Positions 27,840 through 37,987 of a stretch of DNA of 64,000 nucleotides are shown here, in pieces; position 1 is the stretch's first letter, and every line of letters starts with the position of its first letter. Source of the stretch: Candidatus Hadarchaeota archaeon (lineage in GTDB: Archaea; Hadarchaeota; Hadarchaeia; Hadarchaeales; JAGGTB01); assembly GCA_964399085.1 (NCBI GenBank), contig CAYNPN010000004.1, positions 15,680-79,679 of the forward strand. Direction: 5' to 3'. The position numbers were made by a program, and so were the translations under genes. The notes beneath the pieces are model-generated. The model did no database searches and had not been told where the DNA came from. It worked only from the letters and a program-made list of their open reading frames with translations.

Positions 27840-28994
27840 CTACTTACGAAGGTTTTCCCCGGATTCGGCGTATTCTTCTAATAGATTACAGGGTTCATAT
27901 CTTTTATCTCCATGCTTTTTGTAAAGATTCAACAACTTCTCCTTGATTTTGTCAAATCCTTCTTCTTCAGCAATCTCACAGGGGCCTCTATTCCAACCTA
28001 AACCAAATTTAATGCCCTTATCGATATCTTTTGGCTCGGCGATATTTTCATTTATCAACCTCATAGACTCGTTCACCGCCACCGCGAAAACTCTTTCGTA
28101 ATCGTATTCACCGGCTTCATCGGGAGATATATCGGGTCTTTCTGGCCAACTATCATAGAAACCCTCCCCGCTTTTCTTACCGAGCTTTCCTTCTTCCGCT
28201 AGATTTGTAAGAAGAGGGCAGGGTTTCATTCTTTCGCCGTAAGCGTCATGTAAAACCTTTCCTACGGATTTTTGTACATCCAATCCTGCAATGTCAATTC
28301 CTTCGAGAATTCCCATAGGAAATCCGGCACCAAATTTAACTGCAGCATCTATTTCTTCTTTCCCCGCTTCATCCCGGTAAAGGGCCCACGCTCCCTCTAA
28401 AACGACCTGAGCGTACACTCTGTTGAGAATAAAGCCCGGAACATCCTTTTTGCATATTACAGACACCTTATCTAGGCTTTCGACATATTTTGTCGCTGCC
28501 TGTACTGTTTCTTCCGAGGTGTAATCCCCCTTAATTATTTCTACTAAAGGCACTATTGGGGGAGGGTTGGTGAAATGTATTCCTATGAATTTTTCAGGCC
28601 GACTGGTTGCTTCCGACATTTCTGTTATGCTTAAACTGGAAGTATTGCTAGAAAGTATTGTTTCCTTTGGTGCGGAATCATCTATTTTCGAGAATATTCT
28701 TTTCTTAAGATCCATCTCTTCCGGCGCCGCTTCGATGACGAGATCCGAATCAGGAACTTCTGCTAAATCGGTGGTTGTTTCGATTCTATTTAGAATTTCT
28801 TCTTTTTCTTCTTCTGTTATTTTGTTTTTCTCGACAAATTTGCCTAGGCTCCAATCTATATTATTAATTGCTTCTTCTAGAATGTCTTCTTCGACATCGT
28901 TTAGTATTACCTTGTAACCAGCCGTAGCTGATGTTTGGGCGATTCCGTTTCCCATCGTCCCTGCTCCAATGACTCCTACTTTCTCTATGTTCAA
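27840..28994 (-). CDS. 3-hydroxyacyl-CoA dehydrogenase with duplicated C-terminal domain
   Basis: GAGTMG, SNTSSL, IHFTNPP, PGFILNR. Confidence 0.92.
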   Translation of the reverse strand: MNIEKVGVIGAGTMGNGIAQTSATAGYKVILNDVEEDILEEAINNIDWSLGKFVEKNKITEEEKEEILNRIETTTDLAEVPDSDLVIEAAPEEMDLKKRIFSKIDDSAPKETILSSNTSSLSITEMSEATSRPEKFIGIHFTNPPPIVPLVEIIKGDYTSEETVQAATKYVESLDKVSVICKKDVPGFILNRVYAQVVLEGAWALYRDEAGKEEIDAAVKFGAGFPMGILEGIDIAGLDVQKSVGKVLHDAYGERMKPCPLLTNLAEEGKLGKKSGEGFYDSWPERPDISPDEAGEYDYERVFAVAVNESMRLINENIAEPKDIDKGIKFGLGWNRGPCEIAEEEGFDKIKEKLLNLYKKHGDKRYEPCNLLEEYAESGENLRK

Positions 28995-29197
28995 AATTAT
29001 CTACTTCCTTTTGAGGATATTATATATTTCTTTTGAAAATTGATTTGTTATTTTGCCTATATGTTTATGTTGATATACTTAATAATACCTTTGAATACGG
29101 ATTCATCAGTAGGAGAAGTTTCATTTTATAAAATTCTGTTTCTTAACCGGAAAACCTAACAGTTCACAAAGTATAGAAGAAAGGTGGAGGTGAAATT

Positions 29198-29620
29198 ATT
29201 TCTGAGGAAGAAGAATTTTGGGAAGTATATCAAGAGCATCTCGGTTATAGCGATGAAGAAATGGAAAAATTCAGAGAGGATCCTAAAAAAGTCGAAGTAG
29301 CCAAGGCTCTATTTGGTAAAGAACCATTCAAAAAGAAATTAATAATCGAAGTTGTAGAGTCGCATGGATGTACTGTCGGACTTGAGCCCGGGGACAAGTT
29401 AGTTTTCGATGGATTGGGAGCCCTCAATACAGAAAGAAGTGATAGGTGGTGTGCTCATGCATTGTCCGCAATCCCTGGCGTGGCGAGTGTGGCACAGGAC
29501 AGGCTAGTGTCCGATCTTGATCCAGGAGATATGATATATGATCACTTTAGCTGTCAAGATGCACGCAGCGAGCACGGGTTTGGGCAAGTGATTATGAAGG
29601 CCTATGTGGAAGAAGAATAG
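29198..29620 (+). CDS. Conserved hypothetical metal-binding protein; probable ATT start at 29198 (first ATG at 29261)
   Basis: GGAGGTGA RBS 4 nt before ATT; open in frame to 29261; VVESHGC, WCAHAL, SCQD motifs. Confidence 0.65.
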   Translation: MSEEEEFWEVYQEHLGYSDEEMEKFREDPKKVEVAKALFGKEPFKKKLIIEVVESHGCTVGLEPGDKLVFDGLGALNTERSDRWCAHALSAIPGVASVAQDRLVSDLDPGDMIYDHFSCQDARSEHGFGQVIMKAYVEEE

Positions 29621-29860
29621 GAAGTACTTCATGAAAATTAATTCAACTAAATTCGTTCATTATCCGAAATATAGCGATAGTACCACATTCCTAGAGAAGA
29701 ATAAGAAGTACTCCATTGCTTTAAAGCTATCAGCCAGTTGAATAGCCCGATTTGTTCTGAAGGCTAGGCTGAAGAAACATACGTGAAGTGAATTATTTGA
29801 ATGAAAATTTGATATTAAGGAATTATTGCCACCGTTTTGAGTCATCCCGCGTCTTAAAAC

Positions 29861-31616
29861 CTGTCTTTTACCCATATCTTTTCGACTGGAGCAAACATTG
29901 TCAATTTTTAGGAGTTGAAGTTGAGATTTCTATGTGTTTTGTGTGTTGATATCGTTGAAGCATGCTTTTTGATGGATCGGGCTCTGCGAGAGCGGAGCTT
30001 TGGCATTTTTCAAGGACTGATTGCCGACTGTCCGGGCTCTGTTTTTGGATGGGTGTTTTACGACGAGGATAGGATTTCGTGCCCTTCCGCCCAGATTTTG
30101 ACTTTTTTGAATCCTCTCCACATTACGATCCATCCTGGCGGTGGGTCGGAGGAACGGTTCAGGTATCCTCCTACTCTGGCTACTGCTATCGCGTATTCTT
30201 TTCCTGTTTTGCTTTCGAGGTCTGGATATTTGCTTTCCAGTACGGCTATCTGTGTTTCGGTGAGGAATTCTTCAGGGGCGATCTTTTCTTCTGTTCGGGC
30301 TATCTCTCGAAGATCTAACACTTTCCAGGCGATGACGGAGTAAATGCTTAGGAGCACTCCCATTCGTTCCCATTTTTCGAGCTGCCGCTCTTCTATCCTG
30401 CAGCCCGTTTTCAATGCTTTGTGCCAGTCTTCGATTTTCCACCGTTTCTGGTAATGGGTGATTACTTTCAAGACTTGTTCTAGGTTTTTCACCGGTTCGG
30501 TGGTCAGTAATACCCATAGGGTCGGGTCTTCTCCCCCTTCGATTTCTTCAACTCTCACCACGTTCACTTTACAGGGTGAGGTGACTTCGGGGTTATTTTT
30601 CGGCGGTAGAAGTTCACAGGTCCCGGCACGTATGGATAGTTCGGCGTCTCTGCCATCTCTGCCTCCCCCTTGCTGTATATGGATTTCCGTTCGCCCTATC
30701 TCAGGTAGGTTTTTGCTCCAGTCGAACAAGTGACTTTCCTGCCCGTCAGCGGTTCGAATACAGCGGTTCTGGTTGGCACGGATTAGAAATCCCGAATATT
30801 CTCCCTTCAGGTGTGTAAAAAGGGAGAAATCGTCGGCTCCACGATCATGTACAAATATGGGTCTTGTCTTTTCGGGCAGCATTTCCATCGCTTCCCTGTC
30901 CCCGCGGATCCATTTTTCCTGCTCACTCTCCAGCTGGACAGGTTCACCCTCCCCGTTAGTGTCACAGGTTTTAGTCGGATCTTCTCGCTGATTTTGGACC
31001 AATACCTGTTGATCCATCACTCCGGTCATCCTCCCAGTATTCGGATGGACCCCTATGGTAGAATGCACCAGAACACCCTCCACATCCGAGTTGGAGTTGC
31101 CAGTATCTCCAAGCCCTTCCTTGGAGGGGTGACTGGGGAATGTCAAAAAGGTGGTGTCCGAAACAATTAATAATTCTTCTTCCCCTTCCAAACGGGATTT
31201 TTGCTCTTCTTTATGCGAGGATAAAATTTCTTCAGGAGTCACATTTTCATTATCACAAAACCGGTATGTAGCCTTTGTGGAAGCCCAAGTTTCACACGCC
31301 TCAGGAATCGACTCAGAAGGAGCACAACCCAGAGCAATTCCAATCTTTTGAAGGCGCTTATCGAGACACTTATCCCCAAAATCAGCAAAACGAAACTCAT
31401 TCCTGATGTATGCCGCGACACCAGTACCGTAAGTCCTCTTTTCCAAACTCGCCAACACTTACCGACTCCAATCAGTCAATCACCTCGACCCAGCCCGAAA
31501 AAATAAAAATCACTTATAAATGGAAAATTTTTCGGTTCAAAAACCCATCACTCCTAAAACTTGAAACCCTACCTCAAGTGAATCCAACAAAAGCCGAACT
31601 TATGGGTAAAAGACAG
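29861..31616 (-). mobile_element. Intact IS4-family (IS50/Tn5-like) insertion sequence, 1756 bp
   Basis: Perfect 16-bp TIR CTGTCTTTTACCCATA; perfect 10-bp TSD GTCTTAAAAC at 29851-29860 and 31617-31626. Confidence 0.95.
30058..31458 (-). CDS. IS4/IS50-group DDE transposase
   Basis: EF.FADFGDK.L.KRL, SDTT, HDRGAD, YQKRWKIEDWHKALK (YREK), PPGWIVMWRG. Confidence 0.93.
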   Translation of the reverse strand: MLASLEKRTYGTGVAAYIRNEFRFADFGDKCLDKRLQKIGIALGCAPSESIPEACETWASTKATYRFCDNENVTPEEILSSHKEEQKSRLEGEEELLIVSDTTFLTFPSHPSKEGLGDTGNSNSDVEGVLVHSTIGVHPNTGRMTGVMDQQVLVQNQREDPTKTCDTNGEGEPVQLESEQEKWIRGDREAMEMLPEKTRPIFVHDRGADDFSLFTHLKGEYSGFLIRANQNRCIRTADGQESHLFDWSKNLPEIGRTEIHIQQGGGRDGRDAELSIRAGTCELLPPKNNPEVTSPCKVNVVRVEEIEGGEDPTLWVLLTTEPVKNLEQVLKVITHYQKRWKIEDWHKALKTGCRIEERQLEKWERMGVLLSIYSVIAWKVLDLREIARTEEKIAPEEFLTETQIAVLESKYPDLESKTGKEYAIAVARVGGYLNRSSDPPPGWIVMWRGFKKVKIWAEGHEILSSS

Positions 31617-31664
31617 GTCTTAAAACGAGTAGTGAGGAACTTTTAAGCCAATAATGAAAGGTTT

Positions 31665-32105
31665 TCACTTCTTAGGAGTGAAAGCATGAATCACTCTATC
31701 TTCATCGACTTCTATTTTAGTAGGTTCGACTTTCATACCTATTTCCATTTCTTCTATCTCTGCATCTATTATCCTAGAACCCATTCTGAAACCGTGATCA
31801 GTTTTAACGATCGCCATAATAGCGGGACCTTGAATGTGCGGAGGAGTGCCTCTTAGGAAATGGGTATATGAATAAATTTCGCCTTCTTCTATTTCCACCC
31901 ATTTCAAATCCTTAGATAAACATATGGGACAGAAGATTTTTGGCGGCCAATGTGCTTGTTCACACTTTGGACAACTTGTAGTGGCTAATTTTCCTTCTTT
32001 CAATTTTTCATAAAACTCATAAATCTGTGTAAACTCCTCAGATTCTACAGGCCAAGGGTCCACCACGTATGGAAGATCCACCTTTCGATTTATCATTCTT
32101 ATCAT
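31665..32105 (-). CDS. DUF35 Zn-ribbon/OB-fold protein
   Basis: CPKC..HWPPKIFCPIC, EIGMKV; overlaps the thiolase stop. Confidence 0.88.
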   Translation of the reverse strand: MIRMINRKVDLPYVVDPWPVESEEFTQIYEFYEKLKEGKLATTSCPKCEQAHWPPKIFCPICLSKDLKWVEIEEGEIYSYTHFLRGTPPHIQGPAIMAIVKTDHGFRMGSRIIDAEIEEMEIGMKVEPTKIEVDEDRVIHAFTPKK

Positions 32106-33271
32106 CCCTTCTCAAATAAATTAACAGTATGACAACCTGCGTATCCACTCAAATTATGAGTTAGACCAATTTCCGCATCTTCAACTTGACACTCTGCAGT
32201 TCCTCTCAATTGATTGAATATTTCTCCCACCTGAGCTAAACCTGTAGCTCCAAAAGGATGCCCCCGACTTAATAATCCTCCGCCCGGATTAATAGTCACC
32301 TCTCCTCCCAATTCTGATTTTCCTTCCCCCACGAATTTTTTACCTTCTCCTTTTTCACAAAATCCTAAGTATTCAGTTTCTACTATTTCTGAGATAGTAA
32401 AACAATCATGCACACAAGCTACGTCTACATCTTCAGGTGTGATTCCAGCCTCTGCATAAGCGTTATTCGCTGCGGTTTCGAGTAAATTCATATGATGAAT
32501 CTCACCTTCGAGAGCTGATATAGTATTTCCAACGCCCTTTTGACCGTGAGCCGAAAAAAGGATTGGATCCTCTGATAACTCCCTAGCACGTTCTTCCGAT
32601 GTAAGAAGCACTCCGGCAGAACCATCGGTTACAGGACAACACTCTAAAATTCTAAGTGGTTCTGAAATCATTGGAGACTCAAGAACTTCTTGGACTGGCG
32701 TTTCTCTTTGGTAATGAGCATTTGGATTACTCTTTCCAAACTTGTGGTTCTTTACTGATACGGACGCTCGTTGTTCATCTGTTAAGCCATACTCTTCATC
32801 ATACCTCTTCGCAACTTGGGAAAAGAAAGACGGAGGGGTAAAGCCTTGAGAAAATACGAATTTATCCCCTAACCCTAAGTTGTAAAACGCTTCACTCCTA
32901 GAACCCTCTGGATGAGGTACATTTAATTTTTCTACTCCTAGAACTAAAACTAAATCTGCCATTCCAGTCATGATTGCTGCACTCCCCATAATCACTCCTA
33001 CATTCCCTGATGCACAAAGATTTTCAACTCTAGTAATCAGGCTATCGGGCTCTGCTCCAATTAACTCAGCAGTCCAAGGCGCTATATGTGATCCTGGGGC
33101 AGTTCTCTCAGGATACGCTGAGGAGACTATAAGACCATCGATATCGGACGGGGAAAATTCTGAATTCTTAAAAGTATTCATTGTTCCCTCCATTGCGAGT
33201 TCTCTCCATTGAACTTCCTGCCTAATTCCAAACTTCGTCATTCCCGACGCAACGATAGCAGCTTTTCTCAT
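32102..33271 (-). CDS. Thiolase family protein
   Basis: ENLCASG, HDCF, GHPFGATG. Confidence 0.92.
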   Translation of the reverse strand: MRKAAIVASGMTKFGIRQEVQWRELAMEGTMNTFKNSEFSPSDIDGLIVSSAYPERTAPGSHIAPWTAELIGAEPDSLITRVENLCASGNVGVIMGSAAIMTGMADLVLVLGVEKLNVPHPEGSRSEAFYNLGLGDKFVFSQGFTPPSFFSQVAKRYDEEYGLTDEQRASVSVKNHKFGKSNPNAHYQRETPVQEVLESPMISEPLRILECCPVTDGSAGVLLTSEERARELSEDPILFSAHGQKGVGNTISALEGEIHHMNLLETAANNAYAEAGITPEDVDVACVHDCFTISEIVETEYLGFCEKGEGKKFVGEGKSELGGEVTINPGGGLLSRGHPFGATGLAQVGEIFNQLRGTAECQVEDAEIGLTHNLSGYAGCHTVNLFEKG

Positions 33272-33317
33272 AACATGTATTCATCTCCATTCTTTTTTAA
33301 TAAGTATTTGGTTTGTT

Positions 33318-34089
33318 GAGAAATTGGGACATAATTCGGTTAAGGTGATGTCAGTCTCATGGTGAAGGGATTGTGTAGGATTGCTGTTGGAAATGATGTG
33401 GTTTCTCTTTTGTTTTCCCTCCATTGCGAGGTCTTTCTTCCGATTCTTTCCTTGTCTGCTCCGAAGTAGGTTTTCGAAAGTTCTCGCATGAAGTAATCTT
33501 TCAGAAAGCCGTAAGAGTCCCCCCTATCTTGTTCAGGATTTCGTGCTACCCGTACCCGAAGTTGGAGAGATTTTTCTTCGGTTGGACGCATACTTCCAAG
33601 TCCTTACCTAATTCTTGAGTGTTCTTTCTGTTGCTGTAATACTTGCTGAGTCTGTCTTTATGAAAGTGGATGTCGTGTCTCTCGACCTCGAGCCAAGAAG
33701 CCTCTTCGACAAAACTTGGAAGCTCCTGCAAATGTTCCACAATATACTTTCTCCTCCCGCTCCCCGCGAGAATATTTTTCCACTCCTTCTTCGTTTCCCT
33801 CTCGGATTTTCTCCTTTTCTTCTTCCAAAACCTCGTAAAATTTCTTCACACGTTTTCACGTTATTTTCATGTCACCAATTAGTAATGGATATGGACTACC
33901 ACATCACGATTTGAAGCAAACAAAATAGAACTCACCCACGAGATAGAAAAACTTTACGAAACCGAAATCAAACCCCAAGGAAACTCAGCCCGGTCAAGCA
34001 TCCCAAAAAACCCGTCGGGAAAAAGCACTAGTCATCGTGCTCAAAGGAGGCGAAACAGAATGAGTTAATTAATTATGTCTCAATTCCAC
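33318..34089. mobile_element. Internally deleted IS relic (ISNCY-like) with TIRs, transposase fragment (-) and DUF2080-like fragment (+)
   Basis: TIRs GAGAAATTGGGACATAATT (33318) and AATTATGTCTCAATTCCAC (34071); YETEIKPQGNSAR..KKALVIVLK remnant; homologous to 60689-61013. Confidence 0.72.
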
Positions 34090-34201
34090 TTGTTTGGAAG
34101 CACTTGTGAAGAAAACTTGAGATTATAAAGATGTTGTCTTTCCTTCATCATGACCTTGTTTTCGTGCTGTAGCATACATATTTTATCTATTACTCCTCAT
34201 A

Positions 34202-36031
34202 TTGTAAGTCGGAATTTTAAATTTTTCTTCTAACAGCATTTGCTAGCGTTTCAGCCCAATTTCGACGTTTTGAGTTGCAAAGCCCAAAACTGAATTATTC
34301 CGGCAAAAACTTTTCCAGCTCAAGGCTTGTCAGTAGGAAAAGCGTGTCCCAATCGACGTTACCGAGCTTGAATTGAAGAGAGTCGTTTTCCATCGCTACA
34401 ATCATGTCGAGCTTGTCGAACGCTTTTTTCACACCCTTCTCGGATATATTATCCGGAAGCTCCCTCCGAATATGTTGGTAGCAGAGCAGACCGACAAAAA
34501 CGAGGAAGAGGTGCGCTCGCATTAGGTGATCCTCCTCGGCGTACGGAGGTTCGACCGGAACTACCAGCGCCTTCTTGGTCAGGTGAAACATGTCCTCCAC
34601 ATTTTTACGATCGAAATAAGTCCTGACGATCTTGCTCGGGGACCAGTCCTCGTGGTCGGTCACGACCGCATGAAATCCCGCCGTCTCATAAACCCTATCC
34701 CACTCCTCATTCCAACCCCACTCGAGCTCTTCCGCACCCAGGTCGAAGGACCAATCCAAGCACTTATACCTCTTCTTAAGAACGTCTCTCAGCTTCCTCT
34801 CGATACCATCCTCGGTGAGCGGACGACCCCGTCCTCCGCTCTTGATCTTATCCCGCAAATTATCGAGCAAAACTTCCGCTTCTTCCCTCGCCTCCTTCAT
34901 CCTTTTCCGAATCTTTTCTCTGGTCGTGTCGTGATAGGACAGCACGACTCGCCACTCGTTCTTCCCGAGCTCGACCCGACCGGAATCCCTAACGTAACAC
35001 TTGCCGTGGCTCGTCTCGTGAGACAGCTGGAACTCGTCCAGCTCGGCATCGTCGATCTTCTCCTCCACCAGGTTCCGGTTCCTCTTCACCCCCTCCACGA
35101 CGTGGGCATCCGACGACTTGGTCAGGTCGAAATTATCCCCGTCGTCGAAACCGCGGTCGAAAACCACCGTGACCTCCTCCAGGTCCGACCCCGCGGACTC
35201 TATCCTCCGACAGACCTCGTTGAAGAGTTCGGAGAAGAGCCTGTAATCGTGCCTGTTCCTTGGATAAGCGGTGCTAAGCACGGGCAAATCATCGCCCGAG
35301 ACCGCAAGAGCCAGACTGACCAAACGCCGCCCGAACATCCCGTCCTTACTTTCCCCGATTCTCAGATATTTCGTGTCGTCTTGGACGTAAGTACAATAGT
35401 TGGTGGTGTCTAGATGACATTCTTCAATCTGTTTCCCGTCGAGGACGCGACGCGCCAGCTCCTCCTGCAAGGTTTCGATCTTCTCCTCACTCAGACTTTC
35501 CGCCAAAAACTGGTAAAGCCTCTGAACTGTCGTGACGTCCTCCCGCCACCAGAATGGGAAGAAATGGTCCGAGTAATCTTCTACAGCTTCCCTCATGCTC
35601 AAATCTTTGAAAAATCTGCACCAGACGAGCAAGAACATTTTTCCCCACGCGGGAAAATCGTGGTTTTCCTTCTCATCGAAAACTTTCGTGAAAAACTCAT
35701 CCAGTTCAAGATCTTCGAAAGCTCACCTGAGACCTGCTGCCTGAGTGAACGGGACTGACTTGAGTTCGGCACTCTCGGCTACTGGGCTGTTGAATCTTTC
35801 GAATATTTTTTCGACGCTGCCTAGATAAAGCACGTTCCGAACTTTTGTCCTGCCGTCCTCGTCGCGGAACGACTCTCTGATCTTGTAATAGGTTCCGCTC
35901 TACCGTTTGTCGGCATAAAGATGCATCAAATACTTTTGGGCTTTGCAATACAGATGCTTAAATCAGGTAATAACATCCCTAGCTGAGAGCTGATGGAAGA
36001 ACGCCGAAAAAGATAAACTGTCACTTACAAT
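34202..36031 (-). mobile_element. IS1634-family element, transposase pseudogene
   Basis: LDTTN, VFDRGF, Y..R..VE..F, AHLFLVFVGLL; N-terminal part (GTYYKIRESFRDEDGRTK) cut off by an in-frame TGA at 35723-35725; imperfect TATTGTAAGT end repeats. Confidence 0.8.
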
Positions 36032-36112
36032 AAGGGTAAAAAATTCCAAAATTTTTCATGTTCAGTCTTGGCTTCTTAATTTTACAAAAACTTAATTCAA
36101 TTACAATTTCGA

Positions 36113-36940
36113 TTAAAATACTTTCTCCAGCGCATCCCTAATCTCATCGTAGTTAAATATGGGCCCATCTAGGCATACACGCTTTTCCCCGAGCATACAA
36201 TGACCGCACATCCCCATTCCGCATTGCATACGTCTTTCCATAGATAAGAGGAGTTGGTCTTTTTCAAATCCTCTCTTCATTAAGCTTTCTGCGGCATAAT
36301 GCATCATTGCACTTGGTCCACAAAAAACTACTATTCCATTCTTTGGATTAAACTCGGTTTTATGGAATAGTTCAGTCACTAAACCAACGTGCCCATCCCA
36401 GTTTCTATCTGGTTTTTCTACGGCTAGTAAAGTCTCTACCCCCTTCTCCTTATCTAGAAGATATGTGTTTTCGTATATCAAATCCTTCGGAGTTTTAGCT
36501 CCGTAGAAAAGCTTCAGTTGGCCAAAGTTGTCTTTTTCACTTACTAAATTTTCTATTAAAAGTCTAAGACCTGAAAGTCCTATTCCACCAGCTACTAAAT
36601 ATATATCTTTCCCCTTTAACTCTTCCATCGGGAATCCATTCCCAAATGGCCCTCTTATTCCAATTTTCGATCCCTTATTTAGCTCTTCTATTTTTTTTGT
36701 TACACTTCCGATTTTTTGAACTGTAACTTGGAACTTGTTGGCCTTTGTATCTAAAACGTTTGCGATACTTATTGGAAATTCTCCTTGGCCAAAAATTGTC
36801 ATCTCGACGAACTGTCCAGGAATAGGCCTCAACGTTTCTCCATTTTCTAAAGATATTGTAAGAGTTTCTATTTTCGGGGTTTCTTTAATTCTCTCTTCCA
36901 CTAAGCCTAGTTTAGGTAAATATATATTTTCCGAACTCAC
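36113..36940 (-). CDS. FAD/NAD(P)-binding 2Fe-2S subunit (sulfhydrogenase gamma HydG/AsrB-like)
   Basis: PGQF, RGPFGNGF, AGGIG, CGP, ERRMQCGMGMCGHC..VCLDGP. Confidence 0.9.
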   Translation of the reverse strand: MSSENIYLPKLGLVEERIKETPKIETLTISLENGETLRPIPGQFVEMTIFGQGEFPISIANVLDTKANKFQVTVQKIGSVTKKIEELNKGSKIGIRGPFGNGFPMEELKGKDIYLVAGGIGLSGLRLLIENLVSEKDNFGQLKLFYGAKTPKDLIYENTYLLDKEKGVETLLAVEKPDRNWDGHVGLVTELFHKTEFNPKNGIVVFCGPSAMMHYAAESLMKRGFEKDQLLLSMERRMQCGMGMCGHCMLGEKRVCLDGPIFNYDEIRDALEKVF

Positions 36941-37977
36941 GCTTCCATCACCTTCCTTAAAGCTTCCCGTATGTCAATTTCGGATTGGCAGAATTTTATG
37001 CATCGCCCACATCCAACACAGAATATACTATCGTACCTCATTGGTGTATAGTAAAATTTATCATACATTCTGTGCTTAAACCTTGAGGTTTTTTCTTCTC
37101 TAATATTAAGGCCTCCGGCCATCTCGGCGAATCGTTTGAAGTGACAAGAGTCCCACGTGCGAACTCTTTCGCCTTTGCTTTGATTAGCATTTGTTCTCTC
37201 CTTTATTGTAAAGCAGTGACATGTAGGACAAACTATATTGCAGTTTCCACAGGTCTCACATTTCTCTGAAAATTCGTTCCATAATTTATCGTTGTACCGT
37301 TTTTCCATCTCTTTGGATAACCCTTCTATTTCTAAATCTTGAGGTAGTTCGTCTCTAACTTTCTCTATTGCCTTTTCCCTTTCTTCCATCTGTTCGTCGG
37401 TGGCATCCTCAAAATAGTCACTTTCTAGTAAGCTATTCCCTGTTTCGCTTCCGGACTTCACGTAATATGAATCGCCTATATCAGTCATTAACAGGTCAAA
37501 GCCATCCTCAATATCTGGTCCAGAACCTGTTATATTACAAAAACACCTTTCTCCTGCTTCTTTACAGGTCAGGCCGATTATAATTGAGTTGTTTCTCCTA
37601 TTTTTGTAAAAAGGGTCCTCGAATTTTTCTTCTTTAAGAACTTTGTCTAGATGTGAAACTGCAGTTATATCACAGGGATGGATCCCTAAAAACAGTCTCT
37701 TATTGTCCCATTTGTCCATTGAGTCCTCAAGTTTAACATCGCTATTCTCTTTCTCATATCTATATAGAATTTCGCTATCCGGGAAAAGTATATTTTTTAG
37801 AGGCAGCATAGTTTCGGTGTAATGAAGTTCCAATTCGTCTAAGCTATCTATATAATCAATCGTAATATTTGTGAAAGCCGAGATACTTCCTTTTCTTGTC
37901 GGCCCAATTATTTTATATTTATCTCTTAAATCATCGAAAAATTTTGGGAAATCCTTTTTGGCTAAAATCTTTTCCAT
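36937..37977 (-). CDS. Fe-S subunit (sulfhydrogenase beta HydB/AsrA-like)
   Basis: GIHPCD, CETCGNCNIVCPTCHCF, WDSC, CVGCGRCIKFC. Confidence 0.9.
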   Translation of the reverse strand: MEKILAKKDFPKFFDDLRDKYKIIGPTRKGSISAFTNITIDYIDSLDELELHYTETMLPLKNILFPDSEILYRYEKENSDVKLEDSMDKWDNKRLFLGIHPCDITAVSHLDKVLKEEKFEDPFYKNRRNNSIIIGLTCKEAGERCFCNITGSGPDIEDGFDLLMTDIGDSYYVKSGSETGNSLLESDYFEDATDEQMEEREKAIEKVRDELPQDLEIEGLSKEMEKRYNDKLWNEFSEKCETCGNCNIVCPTCHCFTIKERTNANQSKGERVRTWDSCHFKRFAEMAGGLNIREEKTSRFKHRMYDKFYYTPMRYDSIFCVGCGRCIKFCQSEIDIREALRKVMEA

Positions 37978-37987
37978 TTTTCTTCCC

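Noticed and set aside
34526..35413. 295-aa antisense ORF in IS1634 (likewise 44154-44906, 53074-53685 and 61498-62187)
   Set aside because: Antisense shadows of well-supported genes.
35723..35725. In-frame TGA in the IS1634 transposase as possible selenocysteine or readthrough
   Set aside because: The same gene also has an N-terminal frameshift; TGG-to-TGA decay is simpler.
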